DNA of 63,648 bases, counting the filler, from Chiloscyllium plagiosum (lineage: Eukaryota), in assembly GCF_004010195.1 (NCBI RefSeq). It is 4 parts of one record of this genome, joined end to end, with 100 filler letters (N's around TTAATTAATTAA, not from the genome) between each part and the next. Parts side by side here need not be neighbours in the genome. Positions count along the whole stretch, not along the records: positions 1 to 16,445 come from NC_057714.1; 3 more parts are not named here. One strand, given 5' to 3'. Shown here in pieces: positions 1-13,704 of the stretch (position 1 is its first letter; the number at the start of each line of letters is the position of its first letter). The position numbers and the translations under genes were made by a program. The notes below the pieces were generated by a model. It saw only the letters and a list, made by a program, of their open reading frames with translations, had not been told where the DNA came from and did not search any database.

Positions 1-1520
1 CTCCCATGATCACTGTGACCTTGTCTTTCTGACATGCCTTTTCTATTTCCCGGTACATGTTGCGCCCCTGGTCCTGACCACTGTTAGGAGGTCTGTACAT
101 AACTCCCATTATGGTTTTTTTGCCTTTGAGGTTCCTCAGTTCCACCCACACAGAATCCACATCATCCGATGCTATGTCATTCAGCGCAATAGATTTAATT
201 TTGTTCTTAACTAACAAGGCAACCCTGCCCCCTCTGCCCACCTCCCTGTCTTTTCGATAAGTTGAAAACCCTTGGATGTTTAACTGCCAGTCCTGACCCC
301 CTGTAACCACGTCTCTGTGATGCCTACCACATCATAATCATTCATAATGATCTGTGCCATTAGTTCGTCTGCTTTGTTATGAATGCTACGAGCATTTAGG
401 TAAAGTGCCTTAATGTTAACTTTCTTATCGTTGGAAGATATTGGAAGTCATAAGATGTCCTAAGTTATCCTTCCTTTTTGCTGCATTCCCAGTCTGTCTC
501 AAGTTTAAATCTGCCTGCACATATGCGATCCTGCCGCTTATCTTTCCATTTAACTCCATACTCCCTGTCGCTTTCACTTTCCCTTCCCCTTCCCCCCAAT
601 TCAGAAGTTTAAAGTCCTACTGACCACCCTATTTATCCTCTTTGCTAGAACATTGGTACCTGATCGGTTCAGGTGGAGACCATCCCAACGGTATAGATCC
701 CCCCGGTTCCAAAACTGATGCCAATGCCCCATGAAGTGGAATCCCTCTTACCCACACTAATCCCTTAGCCACGTGTTTACTTCCCTAATTTTCTTATCCA
801 TATGCCAATTGGCACGTGGCTCGGGCAGTAATCCGGAGATTGACCCTTGAGGACCTGTACATCAATTTCCTTCCTAGTGCTCGATAATCCTCAAACAGGT
901 CCTCCACCCTAGCTTTGCCTATGTTAGAGCCCTTTTCCTCATCCGAACAGGGAGCAAGAATCTCGTACCTGTTGGACAAGGTCAAGGGCTGAGGCTCCTC
1001 CACTCCTGAACTCCGGTTCCCCCTACCTGCCTCACTTACAGTCATATTCAGTTGTTCCTGATCACTAACTGAATTTGAATTACTTAATCTCCCAGGTGTG
1101 ACTGCCTCCTGAAACAAAGTGTCCAGGTAACTCTCCCCCTCCCGGATCCGCCGCAGTGTTTGAAGCTCAGATTCCAGATTATCAACTCTGATCTGGAGTT
1201 CTTCCAGCAACCAACACTTGCTGCAGATGTGGTCATTGCCGTTCACAATGGGATCAGCCAGCTCCCACATCATACAGTTACAGCACATCACCTGACCAGC
1301 CATCTCTGCTTAGTTAATTACTTTATTACTTTGTACAGGTTTGAGTTAAAATACTTTCTGATACCTCTCTGCTATAGTCTTTTTCTAAAAACCAATTAAT
1401 AGATAAACAAAAAAAAGTAATTTTTTAACCAGACACTGATAAAGAAATAGGAAATCCTTACCCTAAAAAAAAGAGTACTTAGTAAGGGGGTTAGAGAAGG
1501 AGGGCGGGTGGGAGATTATC
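1..1520 (-). mobile_element. CR1 LINE, 5' part (ORF1 zinc finger/leucine zipper/esterase and start of ORF2 endonuclease), degenerate
   Basis: ORF 794-1303 has CxxC...CxKC followed by a leucine zipper (LEELQIRVDNLESELQTL), typical of CR1 ORF1. The reverse complement of 1-400 encodes APE endonuclease motifs (VTVIMG). Confidence 0.85.
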
Positions 1521-2329
1521 CTTGTCAGGCTCTGGAATCCGACTTCACTCTCTAAGTCAACATGAAAATAGAGCATTCAGGTTCCGGGAGGAATGCCTGG
1601 ATCTCCTGGAAGTTGGCTCAGTGGCCTTTAGAGATACTGATGTTTGTAGTGAGAGAGGGTAGTATCGACAAATGATGTAATTTGACATTTCTGCTCTACA
1701 TCAGCTCAACATCTTTATTTCTAGGTTTTCAGCTCTCTCAGGAGATGATTGTCACTCTTCAGCCACACGTGATGGCATTGTAAACCTTCTTTCTGCAGTC
1801 TAGTCATTTTATTTTGCTCAAATGGTATTTTAAACTACGATTTCACATATAATCATTGAATCATAGAATTTTACAGTCCAGGAGGAGGCTGTTCAACCCA
1901 TCGCATCTGCTCCTGATGGATCTTAAATGGGTGTCATGTTCTGCATAGCTTTCTACATAGCTCTCAAAATTTACTACTTCCAAATATATATCCTGCTCTC
2001 TATTGAAACTTCCTATGGAATCCCCCTCTGCCACTCCCCCAAGCAGTGCATTAATGTGTTTCATAAGCAATACCCTGTTCTCTGCACATACAGAATTGTT
2101 CACAACATGAAAAGCAATTGTTCATCAAATATTTTACTTCTCAACTAATGGTCAGAGAAATGGAACCAAACTTCTGTGAAGCAGTTCTAATTTTTGCCAT
2201 GAGTACTCGGGCAATAAATCTGATACAATCGCCAGTTTCTATCCTCCTTCGAATTTGTTCGATGAAAATAGGAATCTACTACCAGAAGAAAATGCTCCTA
2301 ATTCGGTTGCTGTTCCTGTTTCCTTTTAG

Positions 2330-2369
2330 TTGACATCATTAGAAAGATGAGAACTATCATTGATGCCTT
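2330..2369 (+). CDS. Putative 40-nt internal coding exon of an unidentified gene (xDIIRKMRTIIDAL)
   Basis: Acceptor tgtttccttttAG and donor GTAAGT. Only one of three frames is open, and its end phase (2) matches the next exon. Confidence 0.6.
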
Positions 2370-2780
2370 GTAAGTAATAGGAGGAGGAAATGTTAAAAAA
2401 AAGAGTAGAAAACAATATAATTCTTCATAAGTAATTCTTTGATATTTGAAAGTTAAAACCATAACCTTACTATTCCAAAAGCATATCCCAGTCATTTTAA
2501 ATGATACATGCCACGTCAATAGCTGCAGTGCTGCAGAATTGGTTCACCAGTCTGTTATCTTGTTTATTTAATTTCCAGCCCTGATTGACACTAGGTTTGC
2601 CACTTAGAGAAATAACCAGTGATTTTAAACTCATCTCCTCTGTAGAATATAAAGTGTAAGACTGATCCATCTTTGAGTAAAGAGAGATTCATCAAAGACC
2701 AGTACACTGTTCCAGGAGCGGTTTTGGCTCCTGTATATATGTAGGTTTCCTGTATTATCCTCACTGACTATTATTTTCAG

Positions 2781-2894
2781 ATGGTGTGAAAATCAAGCAT
2801 TAATTGTGGAATGGGATGTGTCAGTTTCTTGCCAAAGGCTTCACAAACAGCTTTTTAATATGTATAAAGTTTTACGCTCATGCCTACCCTCCAG
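2781..2894 (+). CDS. Putative 114-nt internal coding exon of the same unidentified gene (WCENQALIVEWDVSVSCQRLHKQLFNMYKVLRSCLPS)
   Basis: Acceptor ttattttcAG and donor CAG/GTGAGA. The single open frame is phase-compatible with 2330-2369 (TT+A = Leu). Confidence 0.65.
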
Positions 2895-3463
2895 GTGAGA
2901 TTATTACATTTATTTTGGCTTTAGATCCATGTCCTGTGGACAGTGTTACTGGAGTCTATGGCCTCAGTCACCTCTCTCTGTGCTTTACATAAGACAGTCT
3001 TGATTATCTTCTTACTATGGTGCAGAAATATGGCTTCTTCCCTCTTCTTCTGGCAGCAACTTGCTCAATCACCTCATCATCAAAGCAGGAAGATGTTGTG
3101 TGAATTGTCCTGCTGCTTGACATGATGGTGGCATGCTGAGAGTCAGATTGATGTAGCCATTAATTACTCTGCCTTGGCACAAAAGCAAACATGTTCTCTG
3201 CTGGCAATACTAACTGGCGGACTCACTCTCTGGGTCATTCGCTCAAGTTTCATCTTTAATCTTTACTCACTGTCACTCTTACAGGTACACCAACAATCAA
3301 AATGCTCAAAACCTCTACGCAGTCATCCACATCTCCAGCAGCACCACAACCCAACACCTCTTCATGGCCACACCACAAAGGAGGCCTCAGCATCAGTCTA
3401 TTTCAGCTTCTCCAACATTAAAAGAACCCCAACAGTGAACCTGGTCACACTTCCCAGGATCAT

Positions 3464-3554
3464 AGTTGAAAAGCATGGCACTGGAAAAGCACAGCAGGTC
3501 AGGCAGCATTCAAGGAGCAGAAAAGTCAACGTTTTGGGTAAAAGCCCTTCATCG
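3464..3554 (-). mobile_element. Short Penelope-like terminal-repeat fragment (family B) with a decayed hammerhead motif
   Basis: Reverse complement ccgatga-agggcttttaccc-aaaacgtt...gctgcctgacctgctgtgcttttccag matches the copies at 21172, 45250 and 63616. Possible 7-bp TSD ggatcat. Confidence 0.75.
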
Positions 3555-3872
3555 GGATCATGCTTTGTCTGGTGCATTGCACTCTCCGGGTTGACCCCGG
3601 GAAATCTTCCCTTTAACAACATAACTATCAAGTACATGTGGCTTTTCAGAAATGTTAACTTTTTTTTTGTTCAGTTGTGGGATGTGGTCATCACTGACTC
3701 GGCCAAATCCATCACTAATTGCCCAGAAGGCAGTTGAGATCAATCACATCACTATGGGTTTGGAGTCACTTGAACACCAGGCCAGGTAAGGATGGATGAT
3801 TTTCTTTCTTAAAGAACATTAATAAACCATGTAGGGTTTTAGAACAATTGCCAATAATTAAATGGTCAACAT

Positions 3873-3990
3873 TAAGGGGTAAGGGGTAGATGTAGGGGTA
3901 TGGGTGGGTTGCGCTTCGGCGGGTCGGTGTGGACTTGTTGGGCCAAAGGGCCTGTTTCCACACTGTAATGTAATCTAATCTAATCTAATT
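3873..3990 (+). mobile_element. HE1 V-SINE 3' fragment
   Basis: Near-identical to the 3' end of the full copy at 53319-53633, with a (taatc)n tail. Confidence 0.85.
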
Positions 3991-4099
3991 AAACTAAAGT
4001 TTAATTCCAGATTTTCACTGAATTTAAATTTCACCACTTGCCATGGTGGCAGTCAAACCCATGTCCCAGAATATTCAAGAGGATTCTGGACTGTTAGAA

Positions 4100-4478
4100 A
4101 AAGTAGTGGCACAGTGCTGATGTCATTAAACTGGTCACCCAGAACCCCAGATAATGTGGTGGGAATACGGCTTCAAATTCCAGCAGGGCAGATAGTAAGA
4201 TATGAATCCTGTAAATATCGGTGATAGAAAGATACTCTAATGGTGACCATATAGCCATTGTTTATTGTTGTTAAAACCCATCTAATTCACCAATACCCAT
4301 TAGGGAAGGAAATCCGCCCTCTTTATCTGGTTGTGTCTCCATGTGACTCCAGACCTACAGCCACATGTTGACTGCAGCAATGTGGTTGACACATGACTGC
4401 CCTCTGAGCAATTAGTCAAAGAAAATAAATGCTAGTCTAACTAGTGATGGCCTCATCACATGAACAAATTAAATAAAG
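4100..4478 (+). mobile_element. tRNA-headed SINE with L2-like tail, degenerate
   Basis: Box A/B-like head (gtggcacagtg...ggcttcaaattcc). The 3' end (aataaatgctagtctaactagtgatg) resembles the L2 tail at about 41270-41325. Confidence 0.55.
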
Positions 4479-5899
4479 CCCAGTAGCATTACCACTACAG
4501 CCCTGGCACCACTCCTTCCACTGGCAAACATTCAAACTACAACAAATACCAATACATCTTCTGAGTTCTTTGTTGAAATCAAAGGTTTATCAAAAGAAAT
4601 CCACTGCAGATTCTAGCAGTGATACACCACATTCACAAAACAACACCTGAAAATGCTTTGTGAGTTTGTCGACTTTTTGAAAAATAGAAGTTGGGGTCAG
4701 GTTTCAAATTGAGAGCTTTGCTGAACTGAGTAATTTTAAACTAAATGTTCAAAATGCTGTAGTGAAACATGGCATTTTAAGATTGCAGAGCAATAGGGAT
4801 TAGAGTCCCCAAGAATCCACTGATTCTTGCATGTTTATACTTTCTTCTCATTCCATTAACTTTCTATCCAAGGAAAAAGACTAGATATGATACTTTTCTC
4901 ATTTCAATTTAAATGTAAGTTCCCTTCCTCAATCCAATTAAAACTAATAATAAAAAGTGATTCCACAGCAGTAATCTCATCAAAAAGCTCATAAATCATC
5001 AGAGCAAAGCTTAGTAGTTTCTGACTATTATTGCAAAATGAGACGTCAGGTTGGAGTGTGTAATCTCTCCCAGGCACCAATTATGTATTATCACGTTTAT
5101 CCTGAAATTCATGAAACACTTCTCTTCTGCTTTGACTCCAGCTTTTCTTTCCCAGTTGATTTTGCCAGTATTGAGGTTGATGGACAGTTTACTCCATATT
5201 ATTGATAAGCAATCACACAAGAGGTTTATTTCGTATAAGAGGACTACTGAAATGTGGTACAAGTAGTTCTTGTGCGACACGTGTTATAGAAAATCGTACA
5301 ATAGAAATAATAGGGCCTATGGGGTAAACAAGGTTGGGGCGAACCAGCAAAAATACCAATAAAAATCAAAACAAAAATGGTAGTTAGTCTAACAGAAACA
5401 ATAGCACAGTCTAAGTAAATTTTGACCTGTTCTAACTGATTTGTTGTATCGTGCTACACAGTGCAATTCTTCAGAATCTTCACCTGATTACCCTCAATTG
5501 GCATCTATACCTGTTGGCTGCACAACACTCTCGTCAGTCTTCTCATCCCATCCAATGGTAACACTGCACAAGTCAGATCCCAGAATAAAACCTGCCTTGA
5601 TAGATCAATGACTGAATCAGAATTTCTTTCGCTAAGTATCATTTTGCTGTGTTTTTTGGACGGTTTCACATCGTGATACTTGGGGACGTCTATCATCTTA
5701 TTTTACAAAATCCGCCTTTGGTGCCCCTCTCACACATTCTAGCACCATCATACCATGTGCCATTTCCAAACCACTTCCTGGATATCCCAGCATTGACCAA
5801 CATCCGCAGTGCAGCACCACCTTTACAAAGATATTGTGCACCCAGACAAGAGCTGTCAGTCCGGAGCTGCCCTGCATGGTTCCTGACTGTGGCCCTGGA

Positions 5900-6140
5900 T
5901 GTGGCAGACAATGGAAAGATGGTGCCTCTCTTTGTGGGCAGGGACATGGAGATGCCGCTGATGGGGTGATGCAGATGCAGGACTTCCTTTTCGCCCAGGC
6001 CAACAGACAACACCATTCTACTGGAACCACGCCAACCTGGACCAAAGTTACCATCCAGGCCAGTGCAGTCTCAACCATCTGAAGGAAAGCACAGAATGTA
6101 AGAAGTTCGATGACCTTCTCCACTCTGCCAGTGAAAGTGA
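5900..6140 (+). mobile_element. PIF/Harbinger Myb/SANT-like ORF remnant
   Basis: Frameshifted peptide VPLFVGRDME...DFLF...TWTKVTIQASAVST..RK...CKK.FDDLLHSA fits the Myb/SANT-like domain pattern (F...E.L...LF...W..V...V.A.S...R...C.K.W.DL). Confidence 0.6.
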
Positions 6141-6899
6141 CATGACCTTCCCGTTGACACCTCACACTCACACTGCTATTATACCCATCATTTCCTGCAA
6201 CATCTACCCCACTCACTCTCATCCTCATTAACATCTGACCCTAACTAACTCTGAATCTCTTCTGCACAGCCTACTCACCCCCTCAGGACATCTTCACACA
6301 TACAGGAAATGTAACAGTGTGCCACCCACCTTTCTCTCCCTCACCCACTATGTGCAGAATTTCCTGACTCTGTCCATGCCCAAGCCCATGTACTGGTGCT
6401 CTTTTGTAGTTGGTTACTATAGTGATTAGTCACTGAAACAGATTCACATGAGTCTATAGATACTCTTTAACATTGAAACATAAGTTTTAAACAAAAAGAG
6501 AGAAAAAAAGCTCTTAATATAAACAACTCAGCCAAGTTTAAAACTGCTCCTCAACTCTGTCCTTTTACTGTTCATCAATACCAGTGAAATTTCACTCTTA
6601 TCTCAACTTTTTAAGTTTTTAAATTAACAGACAGCTCCCAACTTCTTGTCCTCAGGCTGTGGAGATATTTTCACAATGCTTTTCCAAGTCTACTAACACA
6701 AACATTTCACAATACCTTTCAGGAAGCTCTTCACGTGGAGTCAAGTCCTCCACATGCCGTGACACCTAATACTGGGGATGAGAATCGTGTACTAGTGAAT
6801 GGGAGTTCGCTTTACAAAAAAACGATTCACAATTCATGTTAAATAAACGTGTATTATAGGAGAACTACCTGTAGTCAATATATTGTTACAGTTAAACAT

Positions 6900-8245
6900 T
6901 AGAACATAAAACAATACAGCGCAGAATAGGCCCTTCAGCCCTCAATGTTGTGCCGATCTTTTTAACTAATCTAAGCCCATCCCCCATACTAAACCATCAT
7001 CATCCATGTGCTTATCAGTTTTTGTCCAATGTGTGCAGGAGTATGTCGAAGGACTGACAAGAGGGAAGGCCACACTGGATCTGGTACTTCGTAAGGAACC
7101 AGGTCATGTGTTTGATTTAGTGGTAGGTGAGCTCTTTGGAGAGAGTGACTATAATTTAGTTACGTTTAGTTTGGCAATAGAAAGGGATAGGTACCTGCCA
7201 CAGAGCAAGAGTTATCGATGGGGCAAGGCAATTATAATGTGATTAGGCAAGACTTAGGATGCATAGAATGGGGTAGCAAAATGCAGGGGATGGGGACAAT
7301 CGAAATGTGGAGTTGGTTTAAGGAACAGATATTGCATGTCCTTGATAGGTATGTCCCTGTCAGGCAGGGAGGAAGTGATAAGGGGTAAGGGACCCATGGT
7401 TTACTACAGAAATTGCATCTCTTGTTAAATGGAAGAAGGAGGCTTATGTGATGATGATGAGACAAGATCGTTCAGATGAGGCAATGGAGAGTTACAGATT
7501 AGTTAGGAAGGATTTAAAGAGAGAGTTAAGAAGAGCAAGGAGGGGACATGAGCAGTTTTTAGCAAATAGAATAAAGGAGAACCCTAAAGCTTTCTATAGC
7601 TATGTAAGGAATAAAAGAATGACTAGGGTAGGAGTAGGGCCTATCAAAGATAGAAGTGGGAAGTTGTGTGTGGACCCTGTGGAGACCAGAGAGGTGCTAA
7701 ACAAATATTTCTCATCGGTTTTCACTCAGGAAAAGGAGAATATTGTAGAGAAGAAGAATGAGATACGAGATATTAGACTAGAAAGTATTGAGGTTAGTAA
7801 GGAAGATGTGTTATCAATTCTAGAAGGAATGAATGTAGACAAGTCCCCTGGGCAAGATGGGATTTATCCAAGGGTTCTCTGGGAAGCTATGGAGGAGGTA
7901 TTGGAGCCTTTGGCTTTGATCTTTGAGTCGTCATTGTCTACATGTTTAGAACCAGAGGACTGGAGGACTGCAAATGCTGTGCCCTTGTTCAAGAAGGGCC
8001 GTAGAGATAACCCAGGTAATTATAGACCAGTGAGCCTTACATCTGTTGTAGGAAAAGTTTTGGACAGATTATAAGAGATAGAATTTGTAACCATCTAGCA
8101 AGCAACAATTTGATTGCAGATAGTCAACATGGTTTCATCAAAGGCAGGTCATGTCTCACAAACCTCATTACGTTTTTTGAGAAGGTGACCAAGCATGTGG
8201 ATGAGGGGAGGGGTGTAGTTGACGTGGTGTACATGGACTTCAGTA
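6900..8245 (+). mobile_element. CR1 LINE ORF2 fragment (end of EN, tether, start of RT), preceded by an inverted CR1 3' tail at 6900-7010
   Basis: ORFs 7006-7242 (LDLVL) and 7448-8074 (KSPGQDGIYPRVL, WRTANAVPLFKKG, NYRPVSLTSVVGK). Confidence 0.9.
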
Positions 8246-8264
8246 TTCAGTATCATAATGAAGA

Positions 8265-8566
8265 AAGTGGCCATTCAACCCATTAATACTGCACTAACCC
8301 TCTGAAAAACTCCAATCCAGACCCAGGTCTCCGAACCTATCCCAGTAACCATGGCTAATCCACCTCACCTAAACACTACGGGGCAATTTAACACGGCAAT
8401 CCACCTACCCTGCACATCCTTGTGACTGTGGGAGGAATCCAGAACACTTGGCAGAAACCCACACGGACACAGGGAGAACATGTAAATTTCACACAGTCAT
8501 CCATGACTGGATTCAAATCCAGGTCCCTGACACTGTGAGGCAGCAGTGCTAACCACTGAGCCACCT
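8265..8566 (-). mobile_element. HE1-like V-SINE
   Basis: Reverse complement carries a tRNA head (ggctcagtggttagcactgctgcc) and the V-domain. Confidence 0.85.
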
Positions 8567-9069
8567 ACTACTCTGTATTCAGTATATGCAGTTTTCTAGA
8601 GTAATTGGGGGTGAAATTCCTTGAACTGTCACAATCCAGCTCTTTCTCCTCATTTCTGGACTAGCTGGAGTTATAGGTGTAACAGGGATAATATATGTTA
8701 TTTCTTCAGCAGTAGCACACACTGTCTCAGAAATGTAGGTAGTCAAGAACACAAAATCAAAGACTAGAAAGTGCAGCTCAATCCTTATGAATCATTGTTT
8801 CGGCCTACACAGGAGTATGTGTGCAATTCTGGGCACCATGGGAGGATATGAAGGCCTGTATCTCTCTCTGGCTCATGCAATAGACCAAGTGTGTTGGCAT
8901 AGCAGGTGGTGCTAGTGGCCAGTCTGCTTCTCACCTCTTCTTTTCAACTCTCACCTCTGGCTAGCAGTGTAAACTGTTGTGAAAAGAGAGGCGAGTGTAA
9001 AGCCTTTCCTGCCAGTACAAAGCACTTCATCAGCAATTCCTTCATGTTTGGTGACTTGGTACATCACAG

Positions 9070-9398
9070 ATTAGATTAGGTTACCTACAGTATGGAAACA
9101 GGCCCTTCGGCCCAACAAGTCCACACTGACCCTCCAAACAGTAACCCACCCAGACACCCATTCGCCAACATTTACCCCTGGCGAATGTACCTAACACTGT
9201 GGGCAATTTAGCATGGCCAACTCACCTGACCTGCATATCTTTGGATTGTGGAAGGAAACCAGAGTGCCCAGAGAAAACCCACGCAGACGCAGACAGAATG
9301 TGCAAACTCCACACAGACAGTTGCCCAAGATGGGAATCGAACCCGGTTCCCTGGTGCTGTGAGGATGCAGTGCTAACCACTGAGCCACCATGCTGCCT
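9070..9398 (-). mobile_element. HE1 V-SINE, near full length
   Basis: tRNA head, V-domain, CR1-like tail and (aatct)n end. Confidence 0.9.
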
Positions 9399-9419
9399 GA
9401 TCTGAGCTAAACTACAGGA

Positions 9420-9800
9420 GACTCAGAAGTGGCTGATCCCTAGACACAAGGTATACAGACCCAGATCCCTGGGAATAGGGTGACTGTGGGACCTGACCAG
9501 CCAGCGCCAGGCCTCACCTGTCCACACCCTGCCTTGTGGACACACACCCTGAATGCAACAGGCCTTCCCTCCACCCTGCACTGCCTGTAGAAGATGCCAT
9601 GTCAGATGCCACACTGATGTAAGGCAAGATGCACACATCCATGATCAAGGACTGCCACATAGCATGGCCACCTGCCTGGTTGTGCACCAACCACAGCACT
9701 GCACAGCAAGATAAAGCAGCGAGTGTGCTGGCAGGTACCAGGTGAATACATGCTGAGAGTACAAGGAAGCTGTCCTAGTAGGTAACCTGGTCCACACCAT
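9420..9800 (-). mobile_element. Harbinger transposase N-terminal remnant
   Basis: Degenerate ...SQGSG...LCLGISH peptide resembles the Harbinger GSFQ...DLCGISQ motif. Confidence 0.4.
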
Positions 9801-10649
9801 GTAATGTTATCATTTCCCCGAGTAATAACTGTACCTGATGCAGCCATCCTGTGTTGGTTGCCAGTGTGCCCTACAAAACAAGCCTGCCTCTGCAGGACAT
9901 ACTGCAAGTGCATTGGAGAATGCCAAATGGTGGCAATAACTCCTTGAAAGTGGAGTGCCATTGTCCACGGTGGCAGTATACATACAGCTGGTGCCCTGCT
10001 CTGCATTTTGTCCATGGGAATGATGGGGGCCTTTCGGAGCAAACATCAAATCAAACCCCCCAAAGAGCCTGCTCTGGTTTCCATGTTGGGTTTTCGGAAT
10101 GGCGAGTTTGGTAAGATGTGATGAGCTGCGCTGTTAACAAGGGCAGTTTAACAAGCAGTAATGAGTGTCTATTGGAAACTTGCCACTTCTCTATGCTGCT
10201 TGAGAAAAGCAAACAGCAAACAGGATAAACTAGAAGTCCAGATTGGTGTCACCAAATATCACACCCAATTCCACCACTCACCTCACCATAGCCCACACCA
10301 CTCAGAACCTGATAAAATGCCACAAATGGTCTTTAAATAGAGCATGTGACTAAGAGAACAAAGCCTGCCGGGTAAAGCTGGAGCAGAGTTCCAAAGATGG
10401 TAATCTGTCTTCTATCAATCTTCCCAGCAATTCATGCAACAGAGATGCCACCAAACAGAACTGGCAGCATCTTTACCTTTGGACAGTACCAGCAATGCTG
10501 GGAATAGCATCCCTTGTGCATGGGTAATTCATGGTCCACAGACTTGTGCCTGAAATAAATACTCAAATTGTATGATTTGGTCACAGTCCATTGTCTAGCA
10601 AGATGAAGAAATAAAGTCTGAGTGAGGGTTCCCAAGGAGGTTGATCAGG

Positions 10650-11395
10650 AAGAGATCAGAGCTGAGGAACTTCAAATGTGTGACAGGATTGAAGTAATAG
10701 GACTTTCCCATTAAAGCTAGAGAAGATAAGGGAATACTTAGAAGAGGTCTTCATTCTTACAAGGGGTTTGATATGTCAAATAAAGGGAAATCCCTAGCAC
10801 ACTATCCAAACAAGAGGTTATAGATTTAAAACAATTGGCAAAAGAATTAGAGAGGAAATAGAACATAGAGGTCCACAGTGCATCATCAAGCCTACACCGG
10901 TCAAAACCAAGCACATAACTATGTTAATCTTATTTTCCAGCTCTTGGGCCTTAGCCCTGTATGCCATAGAATCATACATGCATATCCAAAGACTTCTTAA
11001 ATATTATACATGTTTCTACCTCTACTACCCATACAGTCAGTGAGCTTCAGATTTCTGGATGAAAAACATTTTTCTCACATCCCTTCACACCTTCTGCCCC
11101 TTACCTTAAATCTATGGCTCCTGGCCACTGATCCTCCCCATTAAGGGGAAATGTTCTTTTCTGTGCTCCCTATCTATGCCCCTCCTAATTTTATACGTCT
11201 CAGTCATGCCCCTCTCAGCATCTTCTTCTCCATGGAAAACAACCCTAGTCTGACCAACCTTTCTTCATAACTGAAAATCTCTAGCCCAGGCAACATCCTG
11301 GTAAATCTCCTGTGCCCCTTCTCCAGTATAATCACATCTCTCCTATCACATGGATTCCAGAATTGCACACAATACTCTAGCCGTGGCCAGATTAC
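10650..11395. mobile_element. Two decayed CR1 3' ends, tail to tail (+ 10650-10860, - 10860-11395)
   Basis: CR1 RT C-terminal motifs (LEYCVQFW on the - strand) and a 3' UTR-like tail. Confidence 0.65.
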
Positions 11396-13704
11396 TTAAT
11401 TATGTCATTAGTGATTCATTAAAAGTGTTTGTATACCAGTTCATCTCACTATGTAAAGAAGTTAAATTTGTTTAAAGTAAAATGTGAAGCCTTAATATCC
11501 TTGTTCAGCTCCAAGCTGAGCCTCAAACCCACCATCACATACATCACAAAGACTGTCTTCTTGCTAAGTCTTGAGTGTTACTTTCCTGTCCTTCTATTTA
11601 ACTCTTCACACATGTGGAAATTCATATACACATATTTCTCACCTTTCAACCAAGTACTCCAATGTTCTTGCCAATCCTCTGTTCTGGATCTTGTACGATC
11701 CCAAATTCCAGTTGTCAATTATTCTATCCTTATCAATTTACATTGCCTGCCTGTCGTGCCAATGAACTGAAGTTCTTGTCCTTCTCTTCCCATCCTTATA
11801 TTGATCTCTCTCCATCCTTGCTCTGTAGCTTCCTCCAAATTCCCTCCAGTTTTCTTGGAAGGAACAGCTATCTCTGGCAATTCATCTCCGATACAGTCAC
11901 AGCAGTCCCCAGAATGAGTCACCATTGCAGCAGACTGTCTACATAATCCCGCACAATGTGAAAACAGACCAGAGTTGCTCAATGCGAAATTCCTCTGCCT
12001 ATAATTTTAATGGAGACCTTACACCATCTAAAACAAAGAAGGCATTGCATTTCCATAGTGCCTTTCTAAACATTCCAAACCACTTTAGCCAATAAATCAT
12101 CTGGGAAATGCAGTAGATAGTTTGTGCAGAAGATTACACGAGTAGCAATGAAAGGATACAATATCTTGTTTTAGTGATATTGTTGAGTGATAAATACTGA
12201 ACTGTGCACTGTGGAAAATATGAACAACTATGTTTTGGAATCATGTACTAAGAAATGCTTTACAACCATATCCAATGTCCATCAGTCAAAACTCAGCCAG
12301 TTTCACTTTGGATTTGCTTTGTAGCCTTCATTTATACTTTACTAATCGTTGTAGCCATAATTTAACCAGGCAATTGCTACTTAATAGCCTAGAAACCTTT
12401 CCTAACTATGTATTATTCACTTTGTTGCAAGAAATTTTAACTTGCTAGAGGAACAGACAATCCTTGTTCTCTGTAGCCATTCTCTGTAGCTATTAAACCA
12501 ACTGTAGATTAAAACTCAGTTTTACAACATTTTACAAATATCCATTTGAAATAAAACTTCAAAAACTTTCAGCAAAATGTTATGTATTGTCTGTCAGCTT
12601 ATAATGGCTATGTCTGTGACTACTGTTTACTCAAGCGTGTTAGTAAAACCCTAGGGAAAATATTATCTGCTTTTGAATTGGCAGAGGCACTGAGACCCAG
12701 TCAGTAAAAACCCAGCAAACTGAAATGGAAAAAAATAGCTGGATTGCAAATTTCATGTTGATAGTTTATATTATAATAGTATAAATAAAAAGAAATCATG
12801 ATGTCATTAAACAACTGAATTGGAAAACAACAAATTCCCTTTAGACTATAGTCACCAAGTTATCAACAATAAAAGGCCACACTGAAGATTTTTCATTTCA
12901 AATTATAAAATAACCTCGCTTCCTTCTCTCCTGAAAACATTCACTGCTGAAATTTTCAAGAAACTTGCCAAATGACGATCCGTTATGTATGATCCAAAGA
13001 ACAAGCAGGGTTGGTAGGCTATTTTACTACAAAGGTATCAAAGACCAATTGAGTCTATTGCCCTTTATCAACTGTATACATATTGGATGAGATTTTCAGT
13101 TCCCCACTTCAGTGGCAAGAGGCCAAAAATCAGACTCTGCCATCAGGAAAATCCTTAGCAATGTAGTTCTCCCTGTTCAGGTGGTGGGCTGTGTACGTCT
13201 GTGTGGATTTGCAACTCACCACTACCAGTACTCATTGGAATTATCTTCATTGTTCTCAATTAACCTACCCAATCAAGAAACTCAATGCTTCAGAAATCCA
13301 ACAGCAGAAAACAGACACTACTTGCTTCTTCATCCTTAGTGATATGGTTTTAAATGATGCTCGCAGTCACTGGCCCTGTTACTTCCCCCAAGTACAGTTG
13401 ATGTGTCCAAGTGGATCCAGGCAACCAGTCTCCCCTGACCATCTCCAAACCCACTTGGCACAAGGCCAATAGGGAGCAGCTTATGGTACAAGGGCAGGGA
13501 GTTACATATGGCTGAATGCATTTTGCATTGCAAGCATTGCATGTAGTTGAACTGCATGGAAACCACAAAGTAGTGAAGGGAAGGAAAGATAAGTTGGGAC
13601 AAGGGTCTGATTCTGTCTATTCAGGTAGGATGGAAGGAAGGTTGTGAGCTTCAAGATATCTGTGTACTTACAAAGAACAAAGAACAAAGAAAATTGTGAG
13701 AATA

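Noticed and set aside
3285..3440. Strong acceptor and open frame as a possible third exon of the unidentified gene
   Set aside because: The sequence is low-complexity and resembles the 5' part of a Harbinger transposase, and no supporting donor or homology was seen. It is not fully excluded.
13181..13472. Possible exon after a ttcAG acceptor (93-aa ORF)
   Set aside because: There is no recognisable protein similarity or good donor, and the length is within chance expectation.
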